Shown: positions 53,448-62,178 of the stretch, in pieces
How the letters are laid out: each line of letters starts with the position of its first letter
How positions within the stretch are numbered: the first letter of the stretch is position 1
Source of the DNA: Nitrospirota bacterium
GTDB taxonomy: Bacteria; Nitrospirota; UBA9217
Reading direction: 5' to 3'
NCBI GenBank assembly: GCA_963845065.1
Contig: CAWJQQ010000001.1
Coordinates: forward strand, 768,001-832,000
Length of the DNA stretch: 64,000 nt
The notes under the pieces: generated by a model
Database searches by the model: none
What the model saw: only the letters and a program-made list of their open reading frames with translations
What the model was told of the DNA's origin: nothing
Made by a program: the position numbers and the translations under genes

Positions 53448-54467
53448 TCATTTTGACGTCTTTTTACTCCGCATAAAATTGCTAGGCCGCAGCGAGGCAA
53501 TCAATTTATCGGTTGCCTTGAACCTTCCAGATCGTAACTTGGGAGCGACAATAGACTCTAAGGTTTCTAGCTTCACCGAAGGATCTGCCCGCGTGTACAT
53601 TTCAGTTGTTTGCAGGTTCGAGTGCCCGAGCCAGAGAGAGACTTTTCGTATATCGTTTGTGGCCTGCAGAACCGTTAACGCGCAGGTATGACGCAGCACG
53701 TGCGGCGAAACTTGCTTCGTTGATAGAGAAGGGCAGCACCTTGCCCCGGTGTGAGTATGCTTACGCAGAATGTATTCGAAGCCGGAGCGGGTCATGGGTT
53801 GGCTACGAGCGTTGAGAAACAGTTCCGGCACCAAGGCCATACCCCTGACTGCCAGCCATGCTCTTAGCGTCGATGTCGTATCCTTCCACAAAGGGAGGCA
53901 TCGCTCTTTTCGGCCCTTGCCGTGAACCATAATGCTGGCGTGCGGTTGAAGTGTCAGGTCGTCAATTCGCAGCCCGATCAACTCGGAGACGCGCAAGCCT
54001 CCGGCGAAGCAGAGGTGAATCATGGCGCGATCTCTGATACCATCTCGCTTAGTTGGTTCAGGCGCGTTTAGGATGGCCTGCATCTCTTCAGCCGTGAAGT
54101 GCTTGACAAGGCGTGTATCTGCTTTCTTTGATGGAATCGCCAAAATACGCCGGATCTGTTCTAAGGCCGTCGGCACACGATATTCCATAAAATGCATAAA
54201 CGACTTAATGGCGGCCAGTCGAATGTTTCTGGAGCTCGGCCCATTCCCACGATTTTCTTCCAGATGGTTCAGAAAACTCACAATTAGTGGCGCGTCGAGT
54301 TGTTCCAAACACAATTCCGACGGAGAGATCTTGAGGCAGTTACTTGCGTATTCAAAGAGCATTTTGAAAGCATATGCATAGGACTCACAAGTGTTGTCAC
54401 TAGCGCGGCGTTCGATTGGCAGTCGTTGCTGCAGAAAAGCCGTGATATGTGATGAGATCGGAGTCAT
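53448..54467 (-). CDS. Tyrosine recombinase, RIT third gene
   Basis: RDRA, GLRVSEL, GKGRKER, PHVLRHT and LGH....T..Y. Confidence 0.92.
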   Translation of the reverse strand: MTPISSHITAFLQQRLPIERRASDNTCESYAYAFKMLFEYASNCLKISPSELCLEQLDAPLIVSFLNHLEENRGNGPSSRNIRLAAIKSFMHFMEYRVPTALEQIRRILAIPSKKADTRLVKHFTAEEMQAILNAPEPTKRDGIRDRAMIHLCFAGGLRVSELIGLRIDDLTLQPHASIMVHGKGRKERCLPLWKDTTSTLRAWLAVRGMALVPELFLNARSQPMTRSGFEYILRKHTHTGARCCPSLSTKQVSPHVLRHTCALTVLQATNDIRKVSLWLGHSNLQTTEMYTRADPSVKLETLESIVAPKLRSGRFKATDKLIASLRPSNFMRSKKTSK

Positions 54468-55372
54468 AGCCGCCCTCCTGAGGTGAAAGTTTCGCAACGT
54501 TCTATGATGCTCCTCATCAGATCCGGCGTCGCTTCCAAATACCAGTAGGTATGGGAAACATTGCTGTGACCGAGATAGGTTGACAGCGCCAACATATGTT
54601 TTGTGATACGCTCGCGGCCATCCGGGCAAGTTTCCAGGGCTCTTACAGCGAAGGTGTGGCGTAATGAGTGAGGTGTGGGTCGATGTAGCCTCGGTCCTCG
54701 CCGCAGCCCGATCTTGTCGACCGCAGTCTGGAATGCGGTTTCAACATCACGAAGAAGCAGTGGCTTTCTGCGCAACGAAACGAATACGTGATCATCGAAG
54801 GGGGCGTAGGGGCGGCGGTGTTTGAGATAACGTTCGAGTCCAGCCTGCGTGGTTTCGTGCAGGGGCACGAGGCGACTTTTGTGAAATTTGGAACACTGGA
54901 TCACCAAACCATCTGGGGTGATGTCCTCAAAGCGCAGCCGGAGTGCTTCGGACACACGCAGTCCCGTGCATGCCAGCAAAGCGAATAGCGTGCTGTAGGT
55001 ATGTTGACGCAAACAACAGGAACCGGACTGAGATGCCGCTTGCACGAGACGGTTGATGTTGTCCTGAGAAAAAATGTAAGGGGTGGGCCGCGACTGTCTC
55101 TCGCTACCAAAGACAGCCGGCGGCAGCTCATGGGATTGATCCTCGGCACGGACATGCCGAGCGAATCGAATTACATGACCGAGCCGAGCAGCGCGCTGGT
55201 GGACCGATCTCGCCAATCCGGCCCACTCTATTGCGATTTCAGAGCAGACGTGCCGCTTGCCTTTTGCATTTGAGAAGGTGGCAAAACTTCGTAAAAAAGT
55301 GCTTTGGGGTTTAAACTCGAACCCGCAAGCACGACGCACAGCCAGATATGACTCCACAGCTTGAGCTAACAT
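54464..55372 (-). CDS. Tyrosine recombinase, RIT second gene
   Basis: TGLRVSEA, SKF.KSRLVPLH, HSLRHTFA and LSTYLGH....TYWYL. Confidence 0.92.
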   Translation of the reverse strand: MLAQAVESYLAVRRACGFEFKPQSTFLRSFATFSNAKGKRHVCSEIAIEWAGLARSVHQRAARLGHVIRFARHVRAEDQSHELPPAVFGSERQSRPTPYIFSQDNINRLVQAASQSGSCCLRQHTYSTLFALLACTGLRVSEALRLRFEDITPDGLVIQCSKFHKSRLVPLHETTQAGLERYLKHRRPYAPFDDHVFVSLRRKPLLLRDVETAFQTAVDKIGLRRGPRLHRPTPHSLRHTFAVRALETCPDGRERITKHMLALSTYLGHSNVSHTYWYLEATPDLMRSIIERCETFTSGGRL

Positions 55373-56613
55373 GGCTGCACCTCCGGCCAGGGTTGAGAAA
55401 TCTGTCGTAGAGCGGTCACGTCTACTTTTGCGTAGATTTGCGTAGTCTCGATTGAGCGGTGCCGAAGGACGGCCGCAATGTCCTGCAGCGATGCTCCTTG
55501 CCGCAACATGAAGGTTGCCACGGAATGCCGAAGAAGGTGGGCCGCACCCCTGCTTTGGCAAGAGACGCCCGCTCGGCGCATCGCCTGAGTAACGATGGAC
55601 GATATGGCGGAACTGCGTGAGAAGGCGCGAAAAGGCGCGAGAGAGCGGACAAACAGTACATCTGTGTAAGTTTGAGGACGGCCGCCTTGCAGGTAGCCCA
55701 CTACCGCATGGCCAACCTCCTGGGTCAGAGGCAGCCGAGTCTGACGACGTCCTTTTCCAGACACCTGAATACTGGCTTCTTCCCAATTTATATCGCCCAA
55801 GCGAAGCCGGACGATATCTCCCGCCCGAAGTCCCAGGCGGGCGAGGAGAAGTAGAATCGCACGATCCCGCCTGCCGACTGGTGAGCTCGAATCACAGGAA
55901 CTAATGATACGCTCCACCTCTTCAGGCTGCAGGTACCGCGGTAGAGAGGAAAGACGCCAATGCGCCAGGACCGGAATGGCTGTATCAAGATCATCAGCAC
56001 ACTTGCCTTCAGCGATTAAAAAGCGAAGAAACATGCGAAGTGCTGTCGTACACATTTTTGCTGATGCCCATCCCGAACGTCGGCCTTTCTCCAGGACGAA
56101 CTGTCGCAAGCTCTGTGCATCAAATTTGGATGGATCCTCTCCAAGGTGTATTAGTAACTCTCGAATAGGAAGGCTGTATCTGTTGAGGGTAGGATCACAG
56201 GTTCCGCGCTGCTGGCGCATCCACTGACGGAATGCAGCGAGCAGAATCGGATCCTGATCTGTTGTTTTAGCAACTGAAGCGGTAATTACGCCCGTGCTTC
56301 GCAGATGTCTCAAAAAAAAGCGAGCACTTTTAAGCACGCTCAATCGGTCGGCGTGTGCATAGCCCGGGCATCGGCATCGAGCCAAGTGGCGGTCGAAACG
56401 CTCAAGATTGTTTTCGAACGAACCTGAGATCTGTATGCCTTTTCGATCCGTCCAATAAACAACATGCTCCGCCGCACTGATGTACTTGCGGGCGGTTACC
56501 TCTGCATATCCCTCCTGGTAAAGCTCTTCAGTGAACCTTTCAAGTAACGGGCCACCCGAACCTTCGCGAAGCGCTTGAACTCGCGAATGGCGCTTGAAAT
56601 ACTGTTGAAACAT
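55366..56613 (-). CDS. Tyrosine recombinase, RIT first gene
   Basis: LPRYL, RDRAILLLLARLGLRAG, HLLRHS.A and LRH....T..YAKVD. Confidence 0.92.
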   Translation of the reverse strand: MFQQYFKRHSRVQALREGSGGPLLERFTEELYQEGYAEVTARKYISAAEHVVYWTDRKGIQISGSFENNLERFDRHLARCRCPGYAHADRLSVLKSARFFLRHLRSTGVITASVAKTTDQDPILLAAFRQWMRQQRGTCDPTLNRYSLPIRELLIHLGEDPSKFDAQSLRQFVLEKGRRSGWASAKMCTTALRMFLRFLIAEGKCADDLDTAIPVLAHWRLSSLPRYLQPEEVERIISSCDSSSPVGRRDRAILLLLARLGLRAGDIVRLRLGDINWEEASIQVSGKGRRQTRLPLTQEVGHAVVGYLQGGRPQTYTDVLFVRSLAPFRAFSRSSAISSIVTQAMRRAGVSCQSRGAAHLLRHSVATFMLRQGASLQDIAAVLRHRSIETTQIYAKVDVTALRQISQPWPEVQPC

Positions 56614-57066
56614 GATGTCCTCCTTTAACATGAATTTAGGGTCAGGAAGACATCACTATTATGCGGTGTAACTAAATTTGCAAGACGATTCTACTCCGTT
56701 GAAATAATTGCATTGTCGTCGGTCTCCAAGGTTCACCTCTCCGCATAACAATATACTCTGCATTATACTTAGGCTTCTTTCTGAAATGCCTTATTCAGAA
56801 AGAAGCTGGTTGAACTATGCCGTACGCGCCACGACGCTATGGGATTTCAAATGATTTTTCTCTTTAAAGCGAGGGTATTGAGTACTGCATCGGCTGGGGC
56901 ATAAGGCCTGTGACGGGTGATTTTCGAGTGAGAAGAAGCGATTCAAGGCAATTTCGCAATCCCAACTCGCAGGAAAAATGTCCTTTGGACAATAGAATAT
57001 TGTTGCGAAGAACATGACCGTTTTCGGATTGGGATAGGGAGGCTGTTTTTTCGGTTTGAGTGATGT

Positions 57067-58260
57067 TCATATGCGTGGCGGTCCTTTGCAACGAGCAGGC
57101 TGTATAATCTCCATGGTATGCATTTTTCGTTCACCGCAGGCAGGACATAATGCGATGTCGATGCCGGTAAATCGGAGTAAAGCTTCTTGCCACGTTTCTG
57201 TCTTCTGTTCCGATTCGTTCTGATTGGCGCAGGCCAGAAGCTCTCTGCACCGGTCGAGTTTCTTCCTGCGGCATCTGTTCCCCAATAAGCTGTAATGTCT
57301 GATTTTCACAAACTTGTCAGGCAACACATGAAGCAGGAACCGCCGGATGAACTCATCGGCTTTAAGGGGCATGATCTTGATTTTGTTGTTATCGGAGTAA
57401 TCGCGCCACCAGAAAGAGACTTCGTCGTTTTCGAGCTTCACGAGCCGGTGATTGCTGATCGCGATCCGGTGAGTGTATCTGCCGAGATACTCAAGAACAT
57501 CCTTGGTCCCATTAAAGGGTGGCTTGCAGTAAACGATCCACTTCTTTTTATACAGGTCGGTGATTAAGGCATTGAAAGCCCCCGGCGACGCAAAATGACT
57601 TATGTCGCCGGGGTAAACGAGTTTGTTTTCGACGCGAAGCTTTTTCAGATAAGCGAGGAACTTTCCCCGAAAAAGATTCGACATCACCTTGACGTGGACA
57701 AAGAAGTCATTCTTGCATGACTTCCATTTCCGCCCATCACTGGACAATCCTCCGCCAGTGACGATGTTGTGAATGTGGGGATGGTTCAAGACGTTCTGAC
57801 CCCAGGTGTGCAAGATGCTGGTGAACCCGATCTCCGCCCCCAGGTGTTTCGGGTTTTTCGAGAGTTCCGTCAGAGTCTCCGAAACGGCTTTGAACAGGAT
57901 CCCATAGAGGACTTCCTGATTCCGGAGGACAAGAGGATTCAGTTTGTCAGGAATGGTGAAAACAACGTGAAAGTACGGTATGGGAAGTAGGTCTTTTCCC
58001 CGGTCCTCAATCCACTTCTCCTTTTTCAGAAACTGGCATTTGGGACAGTGCCGGTTTCTGCAGGAGTTGTACGAGACCATCTTTGTCCCACAGTGCTCAC
58101 ACTCATCCACGTGGCCACCCAAATCAGCTGTGCGGCAAGTTTCTATTGCGCGCATAGCGCGAAGACGATTCACGGGCATGGGATGGGCGCTGCGGTAATC
58201 AGGGCCGTACCGGCGGAAGATATCCGCAACCTCAAGCTGTCTGACTTCTCGTGCACACAT
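57067..58260 (-). CDS. IS91-family Y2/HUH transposase with zinc-binding N-terminus
   Basis: CRT..LGG, YNSCRNRHCPKC, HPHIH, YLGRY, RRFLLHVLP and IRHY. Confidence 0.92.
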   Translation of the reverse strand: MCAREVRQLEVADIFRRYGPDYRSAHPMPVNRLRAMRAIETCRTADLGGHVDECEHCGTKMVSYNSCRNRHCPKCQFLKKEKWIEDRGKDLLPIPYFHVVFTIPDKLNPLVLRNQEVLYGILFKAVSETLTELSKNPKHLGAEIGFTSILHTWGQNVLNHPHIHNIVTGGGLSSDGRKWKSCKNDFFVHVKVMSNLFRGKFLAYLKKLRVENKLVYPGDISHFASPGAFNALITDLYKKKWIVYCKPPFNGTKDVLEYLGRYTHRIAISNHRLVKLENDEVSFWWRDYSDNNKIKIMPLKADEFIRRFLLHVLPDKFVKIRHYSLLGNRCRRKKLDRCRELLACANQNESEQKTETWQEALLRFTGIDIALCPACGERKMHTMEIIQPARCKGPPRI

Positions 58261-58282
58261 GGCGAAGCGACAAGCGGTCCGG

Positions 58283-59140
58283 CTACGAAGTCTTCTTGGA
58301 GTTAGAGGAATTGTCGATATCGAGAGGACTCACGATCTTTGATAGGTTTTTCTTGCTCACGTGGAGGTAGATCGTGGTCGTCCTGATCGATGCGTGGCCC
58401 AACAGCAGTTGAATGTTATAAAGGTCCACCCCGGCCTCGAGCAAATGTGTTGCAAAGCTGTGTCTCAGGCTATGGCAGCTTGCGGACTTGATGATGCCGG
58501 ACTTGCGTTTCGCGCGTTTGAACGCTTGCTGGATGGTGGTAATGCTTATGGGCTGTCCAGGAATTCCTCCTGGGAAGAGCCAGTGTTTAGGGAGATACTT
58601 CTTAAAGTACTCTCGGAGTGTCTCTAGGGTGCGCTTCGACAACAAGGTATACCGATCCTTTTTCCCTTTGCCTTGTTCTACACGGAGAAGCATACGCTTA
58701 CTGTCGATGTCGGATATTTTGAGATGGGCGGTCTCGCTTACCCGGAGGCCTGCGGAGTAGGTTACCATCAGCATCGCGCGCTGCTTCAGGCCGCCAGCGG
58801 ACATCAGTATGGTTTCGACTTCGTTCCGTTCGAGAACGGTGGGAAGCTTTTTGGCCGACTTTGGATAGGGTATCTTGTCCATCACCCATCTTTTTTTGAG
58901 CGTGGTTTCATAAAGAAACCGCAGCGCGGCGTAGGTGATTTTCAAAGAGGATGGGGATAGTTTCCTGTTCTGGACGACGGACAGCAGGAACGACTTGATG
59001 TCGTTCTGCCCAAGACGGTCGGGCGGCTTGTTGAAATGCAGCTCTAAATAGCGAGCTGCCCGGTGATACGCCTCTTGCGTATGCGGACTAAAGTTACGAA
59101 GCACCATATCGCCTTGCATCTGTTCTTTGAACGTTTCCAT
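58283..59140 (-). CDS. Tyrosine recombinase/integrase partner of the IS91-like transposase
   Basis: LP.VL, Y.AGLRVSE, GKGKKDR, HSLRHSFATHLLE.G and LLGH....TT.IY. Confidence 0.93.
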   Translation of the reverse strand: METFKEQMQGDMVLRNFSPHTQEAYHRAARYLELHFNKPPDRLGQNDIKSFLLSVVQNRKLSPSSLKITYAALRFLYETTLKKRWVMDKIPYPKSAKKLPTVLERNEVETILMSAGGLKQRAMLMVTYSAGLRVSETAHLKISDIDSKRMLLRVEQGKGKKDRYTLLSKRTLETLREYFKKYLPKHWLFPGGIPGQPISITTIQQAFKRAKRKSGIIKSASCHSLRHSFATHLLEAGVDLYNIQLLLGHASIRTTTIYLHVSKKNLSKIVSPLDIDNSSNSKKTS

Positions 59141-59332
59141 TGCACAATCTCCTTCCGCTGACTTGAAATTCCAACGGCGTGACGCCGGTGGTGATGCGAG
59201 GGAAAATTGTAAATCAGTAGGGATTGTGAAGCAATATGTGAGAGCGTGATATTATTTGGAGATAATTGCGAAGGGATTGCAGATAAAATCAGTGGTGAGT
59301 GAAGAGTACCGCCGCGTAGCGGCTTAGTTCAA

Positions 59333-59364
59333 TGCCTGTAATGCGGTGCACCGCATTACAGGCA
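59333..59364. repeat. Perfect 32-bp palindrome at the insertion junction
   Basis: TGCCTGTAATGCGGTG|CACCGCATTACAGGCA. Confidence 0.95.
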
Positions 59365-59571
59365 CTTCCCCTGGGTGATGAGATCAGCGACATTTGCAGC
59401 ATCCTTGACATCATGATTGTCCCAGCGGCCGTCCAGAAGCTGCCGGTTGTTCCTGACCGCGACGACTCCTACAAGAACAACCATGTGCCCGCATTTGATC
59501 AGATGCTCCGCCAGGGGCTTGTGGTAGTTCGCTGTTGGTTCGATGCCAAAGACGATTTTCGTCAGACTCAC
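59359..59571 (-). pseudogene. IS110-family transposase, N-terminal part
   Basis: FGIEPTANYHKPL...D.KDA..VADL..QGKCL, continuing in frame at 53391 (CLFYEYP). Confidence 0.85.
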
Positions 59572-59589
59572 ATTTGCTTAGTAACATTC

Positions 59590-59858
59590 ACTTGCACTAC
59601 GTCCTTAACACATGGGTACAAAATTAGCGAAAGAACAAAGCACGCGGTGAAGTGATTATCGTTCGGTACGCCGACGACTTTGTGATGGGGTTTCAACACC
59701 GGCACGAAGCGGAGCTATTTCTGGAAACGATGAGGAAGCGCTTCTCCGAGCACGGTCTGGAAATCAACAGCGAAAAGACCCGGCTCATCGAATTCGAGCG
59801 GTATGCAGAAGTAAATCGCGCCGAGCGAAGAGAAGGGAAGCCGGAAATTGCAGTTTAA
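59590..59858 (+). pseudogene. Fragment of a group II intron RT, paralog of 47034-48358
   Basis: LHYVL..WV..*RKNKARGEVIIVRYADDFVMGF...SEKTRLIEF. Confidence 0.85.
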
Positions 59859-60076
59859 ACTTGTGGCGTTGATTTGCTCCAGAATTCTGCGATAGTATTA
59901 TCTTTTGGAAATTGAAGACTTAACATTAGAAATTTGCAGCGCAAACCTCGACAATAATCAAGTTATTTTCTTTACAAAAAGGTTATCTCATACTAAAATC
60001 ATGCCACTTATTGTTAAGCAGTTTCCAAAATGTTAATTTTTGACTTAAAGTTCCTTAAAAGGTGGAAGGCTAAAAA

Positions 60077-60337
60077 ATGGCTAATGACACTGTATCGTGG
60101 GATGATCCTATTTTAAAAGAGGCAATTAAAATAATTGCAGATGTCTCTGGTGTTAAGGAAGATAGGCTCTTACAAGACTATGTGATTGAGGCAATGTTTA
60201 CTGACCCTATCGTCAAGGCACTCAAGGCTGCATTTGAGGGAAAGTGTACTGTCAACGTTGGGGATACGCAATCGCGGCATTGCCTAACGATAAATGAATT
60301 CCTTTCCGGAATCAAAAAAAATAAGAGCAATGATTAA
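60077..60337 (+). CDS. Small hypothetical protein
   Basis: 86-aa ORF with RBS-like GGAAGG; no recognisable motif. Confidence 0.5.
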   Translation: MANDTVSWDDPILKEAIKIIADVSGVKEDRLLQDYVIEAMFTDPIVKALKAAFEGKCTVNVGDTQSRHCLTINEFLSGIKKNKSND

Positions 60338-60750
60338 ATGATTTTTGATACGTTAGAGTTGCTCGATGATGTGGCTTACGCCAAGGCTATACTCGCTAAA
60401 AAGTCGTTAAGCAATGCAGACCTCGTCTTCTCACTCCGGAACCTCCTCCGTATGAAGTACTATCCTTTGCGGTGAAGTTCTTCTTCTCTCAGAATAAACT
60501 CGATGCCTTCAAGAAGAACACTGGCGATTTTGAGGCCATTGATAAACGGATTGCGAGTAATACTCCACCTGATATGTGCCAGACATATAAACGTTTACTG
60601 CATTGAGGAATACCAGAGCATGAAATGAAAATGCTCATTGCGAGTATAGTAGCTGCAGAAATATTCGAGGTCGTATACAGCAGAGAACCGTACAACAATG
60701 AACGTTTCGTCCAGGCGCTCAACAGATTGCCAGAACTGCCTGTAGTGTAA
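60338..60750 (+). pseudogene. Disrupted hypothetical protein
   Basis: Protein-like segments (TYKRLL.*GIPE.E.K.LIA..VAAEIFE...EPYN.ERFVQALNRLP) broken by stops and a frameshift. Confidence 0.45.
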
Positions 60751-60942
60751 TTCTGGAAACAAAAATATTAAAAGTGCAAAATGCGATATGAATTATGCAT
60801 TTTTGTACTCGATTAACTTGATGGGCAGTTCATCCTGATATACAATGTAGTTTACGTTCTTTGCATCACATAATGTTTGAACCTTTTTTTGGTATTCACG
60901 TATCAGGCATATTTATTTGCTAATGTGGGAAGCAATCTCTAT

Positions 60943-61230
60943 ATGAGGATCGTTATTTCAGGTACTCACTTTTCAGGCAAGTCGACGCTTGTCGAAGCGT
61001 TGCCCGACGCGCTCCCCCAGTATACGACGATCGAAGAGCCCTATCACCTCTTGCAGGAGGAAGGATATGAATTCGCGCTGAGTTGCCCTCAATTGAAGAT
61101 TTTGAACTACAGCTGGAGCGATCCATTTGAAAAGCTCAAAGAAATTGTCCTTCAGAATTCATTCGACTTTGAGCTGGATGTGCTGGAAGTCACAGGCAGT
61201 CCTAAGACGCTCTCAATAACTTCATCCTAA
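60943..61230 (+). pseudogene. P-loop ATPase/kinase (AAA_28-like) remnant
   Basis: MRIVISGTHFSGKSTL...EEPY.LL.EEGYEF, then frameshift or deletion. Confidence 0.65.
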
Positions 61231-61415
61231 AGTTCGCAACAATTGTGTATTGTTGAAATTACATAAGTACATCTACGATATTTGCTGCGCATACTTTAAT
61301 AATACCCAAATATTATTTTCTTTACAACACGGTCAGTCCCATACTAAAATCATGCCACTTATTTCTGAATCATTTCACAGCTTGAGCATTCTGGGTAAGT
61401 AAGGAGGATATTGCC

Positions 61416-62099
61416 GTGAAACAATCAAACAGAATATCCAGCGGAGCTGCATTCATCGGCGTGTTTTGCACTCTCATCATCGTTATTCTGACAGGCTGTA
61501 CCGAAACACAGGCTACGCCCGCTCCAATCGGAACCGTAAAGCATCTCAAAAGCGGCACGTTGGAGCGACAGGACGGTAATGCCGTATGGAATCACCTGTC
61601 TCAAAACAGCGCCATCCGCGTAGGCGACCACCTGCGCACCGGCCCCGACAGCGTTGCTGTGCTTACGCTGACACATATTGGCGTCGTTCTCATGAAATCA
61701 AACACGGAATACACGGTGGGCAGCGATCCGATGAATTTCAAGACCGTCCTGCACCGGGGTTACATCTGGATCAAGACCACACTTGCGCGAGGGGCGAAGC
61801 TGGACATCTCGACGTCCGATGCAGTAGCAGGCGTTCGAGGAACTAGGGTTTCCGTTCTCTCTGATGAGCATGGTGTCGACGTCTGTACGTGCACAGGAGA
61901 AGTGACGGTTACCCCAAAGAAGGGCAGGAATATGAGCGTCAATAGCGGCATGTACGACTCGATTGGTAAAGATGGAATCGCTAAGGCGCCGAAACACAGT
62001 AAACCGCTTCTGGAGAAGCTATGGAAAGGCGAGCAGTCTCGCTTTACTCCTTGCAGGGATTGCCATCAGAAAGGGAAAAAGGGAAAGGCAAATCTATAG
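61416..62099 (+). CDS. FecR-domain lipoprotein with a C-terminal CXXCH
   Basis: Lipobox LTGC; GD.LRTG.DS.A.L and T..AVAGVRGT FecR motifs; CRDCH near the C-terminus. Confidence 0.75.
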   Translation: MKQSNRISSGAAFIGVFCTLIIVILTGCTETQATPAPIGTVKHLKSGTLERQDGNAVWNHLSQNSAIRVGDHLRTGPDSVAVLTLTHIGVVLMKSNTEYTVGSDPMNFKTVLHRGYIWIKTTLARGAKLDISTSDAVAGVRGTRVSVLSDEHGVDVCTCTGEVTVTPKKGRNMSVNSGMYDSIGKDGIAKAPKHSKPLLEKLWKGEQSRFTPCRDCHQKGKKGKANL

Positions 62100-62178
62100 G
62101 CTTATGTCGTAGACATTCTACTGCCAGCCGCATGGGTGCGGAATTTGTCAATGACTTTGAGACACCCCGCGACCGAAT

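Larger units (their letters stand above)
53392..56766 (-). mobile_element. RIT element (recombinases in trio)
   Basis: Three overlapping tyrosine recombinase genes between perfect 28-bp IRs ATAATGCAGAGTATATTGTTATGCGGAG (53392-53419 / 56739-56766). Confidence 0.92.
56810..59332 (-). mobile_element. IS91-like element encoding a tyrosine recombinase and a Y2/HUH transposase
   Basis: Two-gene unit bounded by imperfect IRs TTGAACTA.GCCG.TACGCG. Confidence 0.82.

Noticed and set aside
55373..55786. Long N-terminal extension of the second RIT gene in the ORF track (likewise 54468-54629 for the third gene)
   Set aside because: Overlaps the neighbouring recombinase; RBS-supported coupled starts lie at 55372 and 54467
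58283..59140. Integrase as an integron IntI or XerC/D
   Set aside because: Appears to lack the IntI-specific insertion, is coupled to a Y2 transposase within IRs, and has no attC array
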